Part shown: positions 1-12,162 of the stretch, piece by piece
How positions within the stretch are numbered: the stretch's first letter is position 1
Layout of the letters: each line of letters starts with the position of its first letter
Assembly (NCBI GenBank): GCA_037447605.1
Contig: CM074809.1
Span: 186,001 to 250,000 of the forward strand
Length of the DNA: 64,000 nt
Direction: 5' to 3'
Source: Zygnema circumcarinatum SAG 698-1b
Lineage: Eukaryota > Plantae > Zygnematophyceae
Translations under genes and position numbers: made by a program
The notes under the pieces: model-generated
Seen by the model: the letters and a program-made list of their open reading frames with translations, nothing else
Database searches by the model: none
What the model was told of the DNA's origin: nothing

Positions 1-221
1 CGCTGTATCGTATCGTACCACGTTCTCCATATTGTACCGAATCATATTGTCGAAATCAAGTACTGTATCAATTATCGTACCGCCACATTATATCGTATCG
101 CGATACTTATTACAGAATATCGCAATCGTATTATATCGCCCTCGACTCCCCTCTCGTCTCCTCCGACTCTCTTCCTTTCTCTCCCCCTCTCTCTCTCTCT
201 CCAACCCTCGCCTTTCCGTCA

Positions 222-2913
222 ATGGCGTTCCTGACGTCTCAGCTGTTGATAGCCCTTGGATTGACCCTCGTGGGAGGAGCCAGCACAGCTCTAGGTCCGT
301 GCAGCCCAATCATGCCATGCCCTGAAAGCCTGAAGACTTAAAAACATTACAGCTCTGGAATCTGTTTCTGAAACCTTTTGACAGTCTGCGAGCCCTACTT
401 TTATAAAAACCGTAGGATGTTGGAAACCGGGATTGCAAAAACCATGCAGACAGACTTCCTCTTAGACCACTGAATGCTGACATCACCTGGAGGGTCTACA
501 GGGGGCTTGGTGGTGGTGCTGCAGCCGGCACCGAATATGCGCTCCCTCGGGCTGCTGCAGGTGGATCTCTCGCTCTCTGTCTCTCTCCCTCCCTCTCCTC
601 CTTCCTCCACTCGCTTTTTTCTGCCTCTTTGTCTGATCAGCCCTCCCGGCTTCTCTCTTCTCTATGCATTATGTCTCACTCTCTCCGTCTCTCTTTTCTC
701 CACTCTCTCCTTCGCTCTAATCAACTTTCGGGCTACCACTCTCTCCTTCGCTCTACAAATTCCTCATACTGCTTCTGAATCTTCTGAGACATGTATTTGC
801 ACTCCCAGAAGCTCAGCAGTCATCCTTGTTCAAATATGTTCGCACGCGTGTGCTTGTACTTTGTTCAATGCAATATTTTCAGGGTTAAGGGCTTCAATTT
901 TTGCATCTCTCACTCCTAAATTGCCTAGTGAAGGCTTCAGGGGGTTCACTATCAGACGTGGGGTCATGATTGAGAATTCAGCTTCAGGGTTCAGGATTAG
1001 GGTTCCTGAAGTTGAGCAATATCCGCGCTCACCGTCCTTTTTCAAAGTCCGCTGCCTTTAACTTTACAAAAAATAGTCATCTTCGCTCCTGCTACTTGTT
1101 GAAAATATTTCTATACCTCTTTTTCCAATAATTTTGCTTAGCGCACTGAGCTGAAGCAGGGCTTTGCTGCAGGACTCATGCTCTCCATCTCCTTCTTCGA
1201 TCTCGTGCACAACGCCATCAATGCTGTCGGATTCGCTGCTGCAAACATTTGGGTATGCGCGTTCACCCAAATATTGACTTCCAACTGCCTGCATTGCTTT
1301 CGCCTTTACTTTTACTTTTGCTTCGCCTTGTCGTTGGTTTCTAAAATTTCTTGCATATAACTTCACATATGGCAAGTGCAAGTACAAGAGTTCATGCCGT
1401 TCCACGGCTCGTCAAGTCTGCAGACTTAGGTCTTCAGTTTCTATCTATCTGATGTGTGCGAAATTGGGTGCCAATCCTTAATTTTAATGTCAGAAAATTG
1501 TCGGATGCAGTTCTTTGCAGGGGCGGGTATGTTCGCCGCTGTGGTGCAGCTAATTCCGGAGCCCAATTTAGGGCCTGCTCCGGATCAGCGCAGAAAAGAT
1601 CGCGGGGCGATCTTTCAGAGTGAAGCGGTACGGACGGAGTCGGTGCATAAGAGGCGGAGAAAGGAAGTGCTCTTCAGCGGCATCGTTACTGCAGTGGGAA
1701 TCAGTCTGCATAACTTTCCTGAAGGAGTTGCTGTTTTTTTGGGATCGCTCAAGGTAAGTGCGGCGGAACTGGGAAGAACTTTGAGGAGAAGTTCACTTTC
1801 TTCCTCTCTCGCGCTCTATCTCTCTCTCTTTCTCTTTCTCTCTCCCTCTCCCTCTCTCTCTCGTTTTCTCTCTCTCTCTCCCTCTCTCTCTCTCTCGCTC
1901 TCTCTCTCTCTCTCCACGAAGGATGAGAGTCTGGGAACTTCCAACGAAACCACCTTTGTTCTCGTTTGCCCCCCTCTCTCTCCAAAGAGAGGTAGGGAAA
2001 GGACAGGGAGGGAACTACTTGATGTTACTGATTCGTTTTTTTCCTTTTTCTGGGAATTTTTTTTTTCCAGGGGCTTCGAGTCGGGGCCAGTCTCGCATGT
2101 GCAATTGCTCTTCACAACATTCCTGAAGGAATAGCGGTCGCTCTTCCGATTTATTTCGCCACTGAAAGCAAATGGAAAGCTTTCAGGATTGCTGCTCTCT
2201 CAGGATTGGCGGAGCCTCTAGGAGTGGTCATCGTGGCGCTTTTTTTTCCACAAAATTTGTCTTCGGAACTCATTGAGGGAATGCTCGGAGGAGGTGGGTC
2301 CCTAAAGCCTGCAATTCAGTAGAAACTTCCACGTTTTTAGGGTTTTTTTTTTTCCAAGGGTTTTTAGGGTTTTGTATTCAAATTCCTTATGTTTTTGGTA
2401 GATTTGAGCATCTTCTTGGGAGTGGCTTCGGAATAAATATAACAGCTTTAGTCCAAGTAAGGGAACCAATTGTAGAAAAACCCAAACAGCTGAATTGCTT
2501 GTGCTTAAGAAAAAGCTACTGATTTTTCCTTCTGCCCGAACATTATAGGCGCACCCTAGGCCCTAGTGCTCGGTTCTATCCTTCCCTTGGAAAGCGAGCC
2601 CTCTATTGGCTTCTGCATTCTTTCATGCTTTCGCCGATACGATGGTCTAAAAGGGGGTTTAAGGCTGGGTAATGGGAAAATATTTCCCTGGTAAAATGTG
2701 CTGAAGCTGATTTTTGCTGTTGTTTTTTGTTGGAATTTTCCTGCAGTGGGCGGAATCATGGCCTTCCTGACCCTCCACGAGATGCTCCCATTGGCTTTTG
2801 AGTACGCGGGGGGGCACAAGCCGGCGATCGCGGCCGTGTTCGTGGGCATGGCGGCCATGTCCGCGAGCTTGCAGCTGCTGGCCATGGCGCTGCCGGCGGA
2901 CGTGGTGCTCTAG
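222..2913 (+). CDS. ZTP29: ZIP-family zinc transporter, ZTP29-like; 6 exons (222-294, 502-560, 1160-1252, 1511-1753, 2071-2293, 2747-2913)
   Basis: The phase-consistent GT-AG exon chain gives MAFLTSQLLIALGLTLVGGASTALGGLVVVLQPAPNMRSLGLLQGFAAGLMLSISFFDLVHNA...[50 protein letters not shown]...SGLAEPLG...GIMAFLTLHEMLPLAFEY. The twin HNxPEG motifs are the ZIP/ZupT signature. Confidence 0.95.
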
Positions 2914-2927
2914 GGCCGCCCTCCACA

Positions 2928-3071
2928 CCCTGAACCCTAAACCCTAAACCCTGAACCCTAAACCTTGAACCCTAAACCCTGAACCCTAAACCTTGAACCC
3001 TAAATCTTGAACCCTAAACCTTGAACCCTAAACCTTGAACCCTAAACCTTGAACCTCAACCTAAACCTAAG
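2928..3071. repeat. Interstitial telomere-like array (CCCTAAA mixed with CCCTGAA/CCTTGAA)
   Basis: About 20 heptamer units starting 15 nt after the ZTP29 stop, with an alternating 14-nt higher-order period. Confidence 0.9.
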
Positions 3072-3693
3072 CATAGGAGGGCGTGAATTGGAGATTGAAC
3101 AGGGTCGTGCTCTGGACATGGAAGGAGATAAGCTGGCGGGTTGCAAGTTTCGAGTTTCGATTGGTTTTAAAAGAAGAAATTTGATTGTATGGTGGCGCCA
3201 TGCGTAGTATTAGGAAAAAGATGACTACTACAAGGTGCCAATGTGAAATTTTTTGGTAACAAATGATAAAAAAAAAGTAAAAAACAAAAAGTTTACGAAG
3301 AAAAAAACTGCTGTATTGTTGGTGCTTATCCTAACAGCGAAGGCGGTACCTTGCCGATTTGATCCTACCATCGTCCATATCGACTTATGCTCGATACATA
3401 TTTCAGTATTTCCTAGATATTGCAATATACAATACGATATGATAATTTAATCAAACGTGACACGATTTTTTATGCAATGCGATACGATACGATACTCCAG
3501 CAAAGATGATACGATACTTAATACGATACGATGCCTACTCCATTGCGGTCGATACGCTGAACTGGCTCAGTTTGACGGCAACGGAACTTGGCACATGTGA
3601 AGGGGCCAGGACTCAACGGGAACTTTCCGCCCCTCCGGACCATTTATAAAGCCGTCGTTGCAGGGCTCCTTGTTCCCGTGAAAGCAACACTTT

Positions 3694-3805
3694 AACCCTA
3701 ATTCTAACCCTAATTTCAGCCCTAATCCCAACCTAATTCTAACCCTAGCCAGAGTCTAACCCCATTTACTCGCACCGATGCTGAAACCCTAACTGCAACC
3801 CTAAT
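3694..3805. repeat. Degenerate telo-box (AACCCTA) cluster upstream of BRIZ
   Basis: Several taaccctaa / aaaccctaa motifs about 100-200 nt before the ATG at 3902. Confidence 0.6.
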
Positions 3806-3901
3806 CATAAAGTTCGTACCATTGAAAAGGCGGAATCTGGAACACTTTGCAACTTTTGATACCTGCAAGGATTGAATATCTTCACTTTTCTGCAAAAGAA
3901 C

Positions 3902-6900
3902 ATGTTCTCTCTGCGCATTCATTCCGCGCCCTCTGGCAGCGATGACGCCTCCGAAGCCGTCCATCCTGCAGAAGCAAATGGCGCTCCTGAAGCGGACGAA
4001 GGCGGTGAAGGCAGCAGTATTATTAGGTTTTCGTCGGGAAATCCGCGCGTGCAGGTTTCTCGCGGAGTCGTGCATCTCTTTCGCGACACGAGCGAGAAGC
4101 CGGGCTCGCTTGTTAATCTCCCGGTGAGAATAAAATGGAGAATAAAAGAGTAGAGGATAAGAGGAAGAAACTGTAAGAAAGGAGGAAAAAAGACAGCGAA
4201 ATTGAAGGGGAATAAAAGGAAACTAATGGAAAGGAGAAGAATCACAATTGAAAACCAAAGGAAAAGTTTCGTACTGAAAACTCTCGTTAAACGATGAGGA
4301 CCAAGGATTTATAACTTTGATGCTTAGCTTCCGCATGTTTTCTTAAGAAGATTTACTGAAGTCTTCACAAAAGGATGTTTGATTTTTTCTTGAAGAATCA
4401 TCGCTAAGAAAGGCAGTCTGAAGCTGAAAATTTTTGAAACTTACGGAAAACCTTGAACTGCTGTACCTTTTTTTCTGTTGTTTTGCGGCCCAGAAAGGTC
4501 GCACTGAGAAGCTGTGCGTTCTCGCGGTGCCAAATTACATGACGGGCGCCGACTTCTGCAAATTCACCGGATCGTTCTTGACAAATATTTGCGAAATCCG
4601 GATTGTAAGGTGAATTGATTTCATCGCTGCGCGGGAAAACATGAGTCCTTTCACCGATCAGCAATGAAGCATTTGTTACTCAGTCAACATGTTTTCTATT
4701 ATTCCATCTCTCTCTCACTCTACTTCTCACTCTCACGCTTTCTCTCTCTCTCTCCCTCTCTCCCTCACACACACTCATTTTTTCTCTCCCTCTCTCGCTT
4801 TGTCACTCTGTCTCACTGTCTCTCCCTCTCTCTCTCCCTCTCCCTACATATATATGCATATATATATGTATATATACCTTTTCTTTAGATGGTTTGGGGA
4901 TCCTATTTTGGAGGATGTGAACCTATAGCAAATTTGAGGCCTTATGCTTATTCGTGGTTTTGAAAATTTTAGGGTTGGTCGAAAGTCGGATTTTCTTGCA
5001 GGGTTATGAAGATTCGCTGTTTGCTTGGTTCTGATTTTTTTATTTTTTTTGACTCTTCGCTGTGGCTTTGAACGGTTTGTATTCACTCTCTTTGTGCTTA
5101 GAAACGATGCCATCGAAAACCGATACATGGTATTGATGAGATTGGATACCCAAGAAAGTGCCGACGACTTCTATCGATACTTCAATGGAAAGCAATATTC
5201 ATCTCTTGAGGTTAAAAACTTGTTTTCCAAACTTTCAGATTTCAGTTCCTTATCTTCTTTCTTTTTTTCTTACTAAACTTCTCTGCAACCTTCTGGAAAG
5301 AATGGTTCTCCGAGTGATGTTGGCTCCTTCAAGATTTTAGGGTCTTTGGGTTAGCCTCACACCAGAATTAGGGTTAGCACACAATTTCATATTTTAGAGG
5401 TTCTCCGAAGGCTGCATTACCCTCCCCCTTTTTTTTTTTCCTTTTTTTTTTCAAAGAGCAAAACAGATTCAAGCTTTTGCTCTCCCTTCATTTTCTTCTT
5501 CTTTTTCTATTGGCATGTGCAGGGGGGAGTTTGTCGCGTAGTTTTTATTTCTGATGTGAAATTTACCGACAGTCAGGAAGAGGCATCTTCTCCTCCAGTC
5601 GGCTTAACTGAGCTTCCAACTTGTACATTTTGTCTTGGTGAGAACATAAACTCAATTTCAATCTCCCTCTCTCTCTCTCATAAACGTTTTTCTTTTGGGC
5701 AGACACAAGCTTGTTCGACTTGGAGTGTTTACTTTTTTTAAAATTGTGTCCTTTTTTTTAATTTGATATTCGGGGGTTGCAGAGCGGCTGGATGCCCACA
5801 TTAGCGGAATTTGGACGACAGTTTGCAACCACACTTTTCACAGTTCTTGCATCTCGCAATGGGAAGATTCTTCTTGCCCGGTGAGCCCTCTGTCTGTTCA
5901 ACAATTTCCATGTGATTAAAAAGAAGTGCATAAAGAAAGCAAGAAAATAAACTCAAACAAGGTCGAAAGGAACGCCGTAGCGAATATCTTCAAAGAGAAG
6001 ATGAATTAACACTGGCAAACTCAACTTTTCTTTTTCTTCATTACTTCTGTTTTTGCAGAAAGAGGCAGTTTTATGTACGGTAAATGTGTATACATATATC
6101 TAAAAAACATTCATACATGCAAAAACACGTCTTAATGTTTGGCAAACTTTCTTTAAGAGGTTTGTTCTTGTTACCTTTTTTTATGAATTGGCTTTCTTTT
6201 CAGTGTTCATGTGTAGTTCTTATATCCATCATTTTTTTTATTGCTCTTGGACAGGTTTGCAGGTATTGTCAGGAGCAGCTTGACGAGTCGACCTGTTCCA
6301 TGTGCGGCGCAACGGAAAATTTGTGGATGTGTCTTATCTGCGGTTTCATCGGTTGCGGACGGTACACTTTGAACCTATAACTTAATTTCATATTCTCTTT
6401 GTATATAGTATTGTACCAATTGCGTACCAATTGCAATTGTATTATTCCAATTGCTTTTTAGAATTCTTCTCTCTCACTCCCTCACTCTGCCACTCTCTCT
6501 CGCTCTCGCTCTCACTTCCTCTCGCTCTCACTGTCCCTCGCTCACTCCCACTCTCACCCCCCCACTCTCACTCCTCCCCCTCTCTCTCCCTCTCTCCCTC
6601 TCTCTCTCCCTCTCTCCCTCTCTCCCGCTCTCCCTCTCTCCCTCTCTCCCTCTCTCCCTCTCTCTCTCCCTCTCTCCCTCTCTCCCTCTCTCCCTCTCTC
6701 CCTCTCTCCCTCTCTCCCTCTCTCCCTCTCTCTCTCTCTCCCTCTCTCCCTCTATCTCTCTCTCTCTCCGCCTGCAGGTACCGAGAGGGCCACGCCATAA
6801 GCCACTGGGGGCAGAGTCAGCACTGTTACTCCCTCGAGCTAGGGACACAACGCGTGTGGGACTACGCGGGGGACGGCTACGTGCACCGCCTTATTCAGTC

Positions 6901-7047
6901 CAAAACGGACGGAAAACTGGTGGAACTGCCGGCTCCATGTAACGGAGGGAGAGGGGAGGAGTGCGGAGGAGGGAGTGCATGCGAACACGATTCAGAGATG
7001 CAGGAAGCCATTATAAACAGCAAAGTGGGGCAGGTGTGTTTTTACAG

Positions 7048-7117
<70 letters not shown>

Positions 7118-7235
7118 GATCTCTTTCTTGCCTTCTGTTTCGCCCTGTCCCTTTCCTGGCTCTCTTCTCTCGCATGTTTGGTGATTCTCTCTCTCTGCCT
7201 CTTTCCCTCTCCCGCTCTCTGTCCCCCCTTTCTCC

Positions 7236-7291
<56 letters not shown>

Positions 7292-8932
7292 CATTTGTTT
7301 CAGTCCTTGGTGCGTATTGCCTGGCTGTTTGGGGCAGGTTGCAGAAGAGTTTAACCATTTGCTATATACACAACTCGAAAATCAACGGCAGGTGAGATCT
7401 TTTACAACTAATAATGAAAACCTTTTCCAAGAGAAAATTATAGTCATCTTCTAAACAATTGAGAAACGAAATCCGAAAACGTGCGTGGAGCTCATATTTT
7501 TCAAAATCTTAAAAAAAACCGGCAATATAAAGGGGTCTAAATCAACAGGAAGAACAAGAAAAATGTAAAGCTCGCAGAATTGAACACCCATTACTTGGTA
7601 CATTGACTATGATTTGAAGCCTGAAACTCTATTTTTTTTTCCTGTTTCTTGTTAATTATTTCTCTCTCCCAGTACTTTGAAGGACTTCTTGCGGAAGCAA
7701 AGGCAGAAAGAGAGCAAATAATTTCCTCCACGGTGGAACGATCAGTCAGTTTGAAGCTGCAGAAGATGAATTCTCGGTTGGAAAAGGCGGAGAGGGAGAG
7801 AGAGAAAGCAGTGAGAGAGATGGAGAGGATGCAGAAAGTGGAGAAGGAGCGCGATGATTTACTACAGGTACGTTAAAAAAATAAAAGCCCAATAGGACAA
7901 TTTCTATGTTCAGTTCATTCCTCAATACCTTTTTGAGTTTTCACGCTCAGTCTTTACTAAAATTTAGGGGGAAGCTTTGGGTTGGTTGAATTTCAGCTAA
8001 ATTCAGGACTGAGTGCGAATTTGAAGGACCGAAATCAGAGGCTGAGAGAGCAGGAGGCGAGGTGAGAGGGGGCATCACTCGCCAATTTATTTTCCTTCTG
8101 TTCTTTTCTGCGCTCTCTCCGTGTTACGGAAAATTAGAAATGTGTTTGTCGTTGTTTCTTATCAGAAAAAGCGTTTCTTGCGTTTACTGGGAGTGAGTGA
8201 AAAAAATTTAAGCATGGAAGTGTCGATCTGAAAGCTTAGAGGATGCTGCCAAAGTGGGAGGGATGGAGAGGGGGAGAGAGAGTGGTAGAGGAGAGAGAGA
8301 GGGAGGGAGAGAGAAAGAGAGGGGCAAGAGGGAAAGGAAGTGGGAGAGGGCGAGGGGGATGGAGGTGGAAGTGAGAGAGGGGGATGGGGAGGGGCAATGG
8401 GGAGGGAGGGGGCTGGAATGGTTAAAGGAGGCTTGTTAATTTTACTTAGACAGAAATTCTGATTTGAATGATTCTGATTTTGTTCCGATTTGGGTGTCGT
8501 GATATCGCATTTTTGCAGAGAGGCAGAAACTGTTAAAGAGCGCGACTTGAGAATTGCCGACTTGGAAGAGCAGGTGAGAAAAACGACCAAATTTTACATA
8601 GAATAATGTCTTACCGACAGTATGAGCTACATCTTAAAAATATTTTCTTATTCACCACGTAGCCTTGACTTATCATTCTTTTATTTTATGTGCGGAGAGC
8701 ACTACTATAATCCCCTTTTGCTCGTATGTTATCATTACACTGATTATTTTTAATGCATTTTTGTTGGCTGCAGGTGCGCGATCTGATGATGTTCATCGAG
8801 GCGCAGAAGATGGTCGAGCAGGTCGGCGCTGCGGGCGGGACCGTGCTCGCCGCGGGGGGGGGAGGGGGAGGGGGAGGAGGGGGCAGCAGGGAGACAACAG
8901 GGAGGACGCCCAAGAATGGCAGGCGGAGGTGA
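3902..8932 (+). CDS. BRIZ: BRAP2 / RING-H2 / ZnF-UBP E3 ubiquitin ligase (BRIZ-like); 12 exons
   Basis: Starts [12 protein letters not shown]2 region LAVPNYMT...[12 protein letters not shown]...FNGKQY; RING CTFCLERLD...CNHTFHSSC...CPVC; Zn[37 protein letters not shown]...[32 protein letters not shown]; coiled coil; ends [17 protein letters not shown]...GRRR* (TGA 8930-8932). Splice phases are consistent throughout. Confidence 0.95.
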
Positions 8933-10017
8933 TGGGGAGAGGGAGAGGGAGAGGGAGGGGAAGGGGGGGGGGAGGGGAGGGGGAGGGAGGGGGAAGGAGG
9001 AGAGGTTGGATGTGGAGGGGGAAAGAGCGGCAGAGGGAGATCCTTACAGCCTCAATAATGAGAGTGAGAGAGAGAGGAAAGAGAGAGTGAGAGAGCAGAG
9101 AGGGAGAGACAGGAAAGAGAGTGAGAGGGCAGAGAGGGAAAGACAGGAAAGAGAGTAAGAGAGCAGAGAGGGAGAGACAGGAAAGAGAGAGTGGGAGTGC
9201 AAAGAGAGAGAGAGATGAACAAAAGGGAATGTTCATGTGAGTACACAGATCTGTAAATTTGTACAGGCATTGCGGAATATTTTTAAGGGGGAAGCTTTTG
9301 AGGGGGAAACGTCGAGCACAAGAGGCGCATCCGTTTTATTGTAATTCATAGAGAAAGAATGGGACTTGACCTACGAGGTGACCCTTCATTCCGAACCCTT
9401 CAATCCCATGCACCCTGTCAATCCTAAAACTGTCAGAAAAATCGTAATTTTCCTCAATGGTTCACACAAAATTAGTCGTGAAAACCATAAATCCAGTGAC
9501 ACTTGTTTACAATAAAAAAACATGTTATTATTATTATTATTATTATATTATTTATTTATTTTTATCTGTGTGGGCACCAATTAGTGTGACCCACACCATG
9601 CTAAGTGTGGTCCACACTATTAGAAAGAGACCGGGTAAAAACAAAAGAAGTTCGCAACAAATAGGGTGTGGGCGGCCCACACAAAATACGAGGATCAGAG
9701 TACCATGTTAGAATACAAATTCATACAGAAAAAAACACCAAAAGCGACCAATGATCATTAGTAAGAAGGTCAACTTCAAATGATGAGCAAAGGCCTACAG
9801 GTTGTGCCGTCAGCATCATCATATCAGGGAATACTGGCCTCCACCACTCACAAAGTGACAACTGTCAGGCTCCGTACAATGCGTTGGTTTCTCCTATACA
9901 ATCTAAGCACAAGGTTCAGGGTTAGAGAGACACTCAGACTGCCAGACTGGGGGAATGGAATGAAGGAAAAAAAAAGGACTCCGACACAAGCCGAAATTTT
10001 GGGGTACATATCTCTAC

Positions 10018-11092
10018 TCAAATGGGTTTAATCTTGAAATGGAGACCGATGAGAGAGAACACAAAACACTTCAAATCCTGCAAACAACAACAAAATAATT
10101 TGCAGAAAACAACAATATCGGATCAGATTCTGTCTGGATATATGGTAAATTCTAAAATTTATACACTATCCCTCACCCTGTTTTTGCCCATTAGTTGTGT
10201 GTTTTTTTCTTTTATCTTTGAAGTGAAAATTAGAAGAGGTTTCGTCACATCCAACATTTGGGAATCTCTACAGATAAGAAGCAGGCTTACTCGGTTTAAA
10301 AATACTTGTAAGGGTTTGAGTGCAGAAAGGTTCATCGAACCTGGACGAGATAGTAAAAGATTCGAAGGCCTTCCGGATCTTTGCTGCTTTGAACATCAAC
10401 AAGTGATCCGATTTTCGCCGTCGTAAAAGAAATGTGTTCATTGCCCATCACAATTTCCAGTTCTTGCCGACCGACTCGGTCAGGTTCTGGCCAGTTGTTG
10501 TCATCTTCTTTCATGACCTAAAATGCAAAACACAAAAGAAAAAAATCATGGGCTTCATAACTACTGGCTTTCATTTGGGGGTAAAAAAATAAGCCACTGA
10601 GACACCTATCTTGGCTTTTCTCTACTCTTGAAGTAAGACGGCTAAAAAATCTTTTTTTTTCCGATCTTGAAAGAGGGAGAGGAGAGACAGGAGAGCAGGG
10701 AGAAAAGAGGGAGAGAGTGAGAGAAAGAGATTAGTGCCGAGAGATGGAGACAAAAGAAAGAGGGCCTGTGAGAAAGAGAGAGGGAGAGAGAGAGGCAGAG
10801 AGAGAGGGAGAGAGCGAGAGGGAGAGAAGAGTAAAACCCCAAAGATTAAGATCTGAACCTAATCACCGTATGATTCTCTACATCCTGAGCAGCCCCAAAA
10901 ATGAAATTGCAACGACCCTTTGCAACCCTAAAACTGCTTGAAGACCTAAAACTGTCCGAAACCTCTCATTCCAATCTGTGCAGCAGAAACCCATCAGCAC
11001 AGAAACCCTAAACACTCTGATAGCATCGACCCAACTGAAATCCAACTGAAATAAAAACCCTACCCTAACCCCCTACCCCCCGNNNNNNNNNN

Positions 11093-11142
<50 letters not shown>

Positions 11143-11434
11143 AAGATAAACGGCATGTTCCTCTAACATTGCCATCCAAAAAATAATTAATCGATTAAAA
11201 ATCAGAATTTCGCACCTCCGAGTCCTGAATGATGCGCCGACACTCCTTCATGATGGCATCGGTCACGAAGACCTCCTTCCGAATCATCGTGTCATTTTTA
11301 TAATTCGAATTATTGGCGTACCGCAACTTCCCATCCGGCCGGAACTCGAATTCCAGAAATTCGTGCCCAAATTTCCCTTTGTGCCCCACGTAGTACCGCA
11401 CGTAGAACTCGCCCACGTCCCCCCCGGCAGCCAT
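10018..11434 (-). CDS. MAGO: Mago nashi, exon junction complex core protein, 151 aa; exons 11434-11216, 10517-10341, 10077-10018
   Basis: [46 protein letters not shown] | [22 protein letters not shown]...[13 protein letters not shown] | [19 protein letters not shown] matches the mago consensus almost exactly. Confidence 0.98.
11083..11092. other. Assembly gap (10 N) next to poly-C in mago intron 1
   Basis: Run of n. Confidence 1.
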
Positions 11435-12162
11435 GGCCGAACCCTAAAAACTGGGGGCCCAGTTTCTAGTTTTTGGTTTCTGGTTTCTGGTTTTTGGTTT
11501 TGGAGTTTTTCGGCCGTGAACCCTACTAAAGGCCAGCCGTACGGTCTCAAATCTGTACGAACCACTTTGTCGAGGGTAGCTAAGTGTACGGTATGGCAAA
11601 AGTTGTACAGTATGAGTAACTTTATTGAGCGAGATTGAATGTACGAAAAGGTACAGTATGGACGCCTAAGAAGTACGAAAACTGGCAAGTGAACAGGAGG
11701 TCATGGAGACGTGCGAGATTCGTACGGTCAGCCGATGGTATGGTACGAAAAGCCTGTGATTGGACGAAATGTAATTTTCTGGGCAGACCGTGTGAAAAAA
11801 CCATTTGGGCGGGGACTGGAATTTAGGGTTTCGCGCCCCTTTCGAAATTTAGATTTTAAGGTTCCAAAGTGGAAGACAGGTTTCCCGCGCAGAGGGGGAA
11901 GGAGGGAGAGGAGGGAGAGGGGGAGAAAAGGAGAGGGAGAGAGGGTGAGAGAGGGAATGAGAGCCGGAGGGTGAGGGAGAAAGAGAGAGTGTGAGAGAGG
12001 GGATAGCGGGAGGGAAGCAGAAAGGAGGTTGGGAGACTAAGGGAGAGAGAGAGAGAGAGCGAGATAGCGTGAGAGAAGGGAGGGAGAGCGAGGGGTTGTG
12101 AGGGGGAGGGAGAGAGGGAGAGAGGGAGAGAGAGGGAAGGAGAGAGAGAGTCGCTCAGTGAG
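11435..12162. promoter_or_regulatory. Bidirectional promoter region between mago nashi and MSH6 with a GTAC cluster
   Basis: Divergent ATGs lie 728 bp apart. There are 9 GTAC cores in about 11539-11750, telo-boxes and a GA tract. Confidence 0.65.

Noticed and set aside
2928-3071. True chromosome end or assembly join at telomeric repeats
   Set aside because: The array is short, degenerate and flanked by normal genes on both sides, so it is interstitial.
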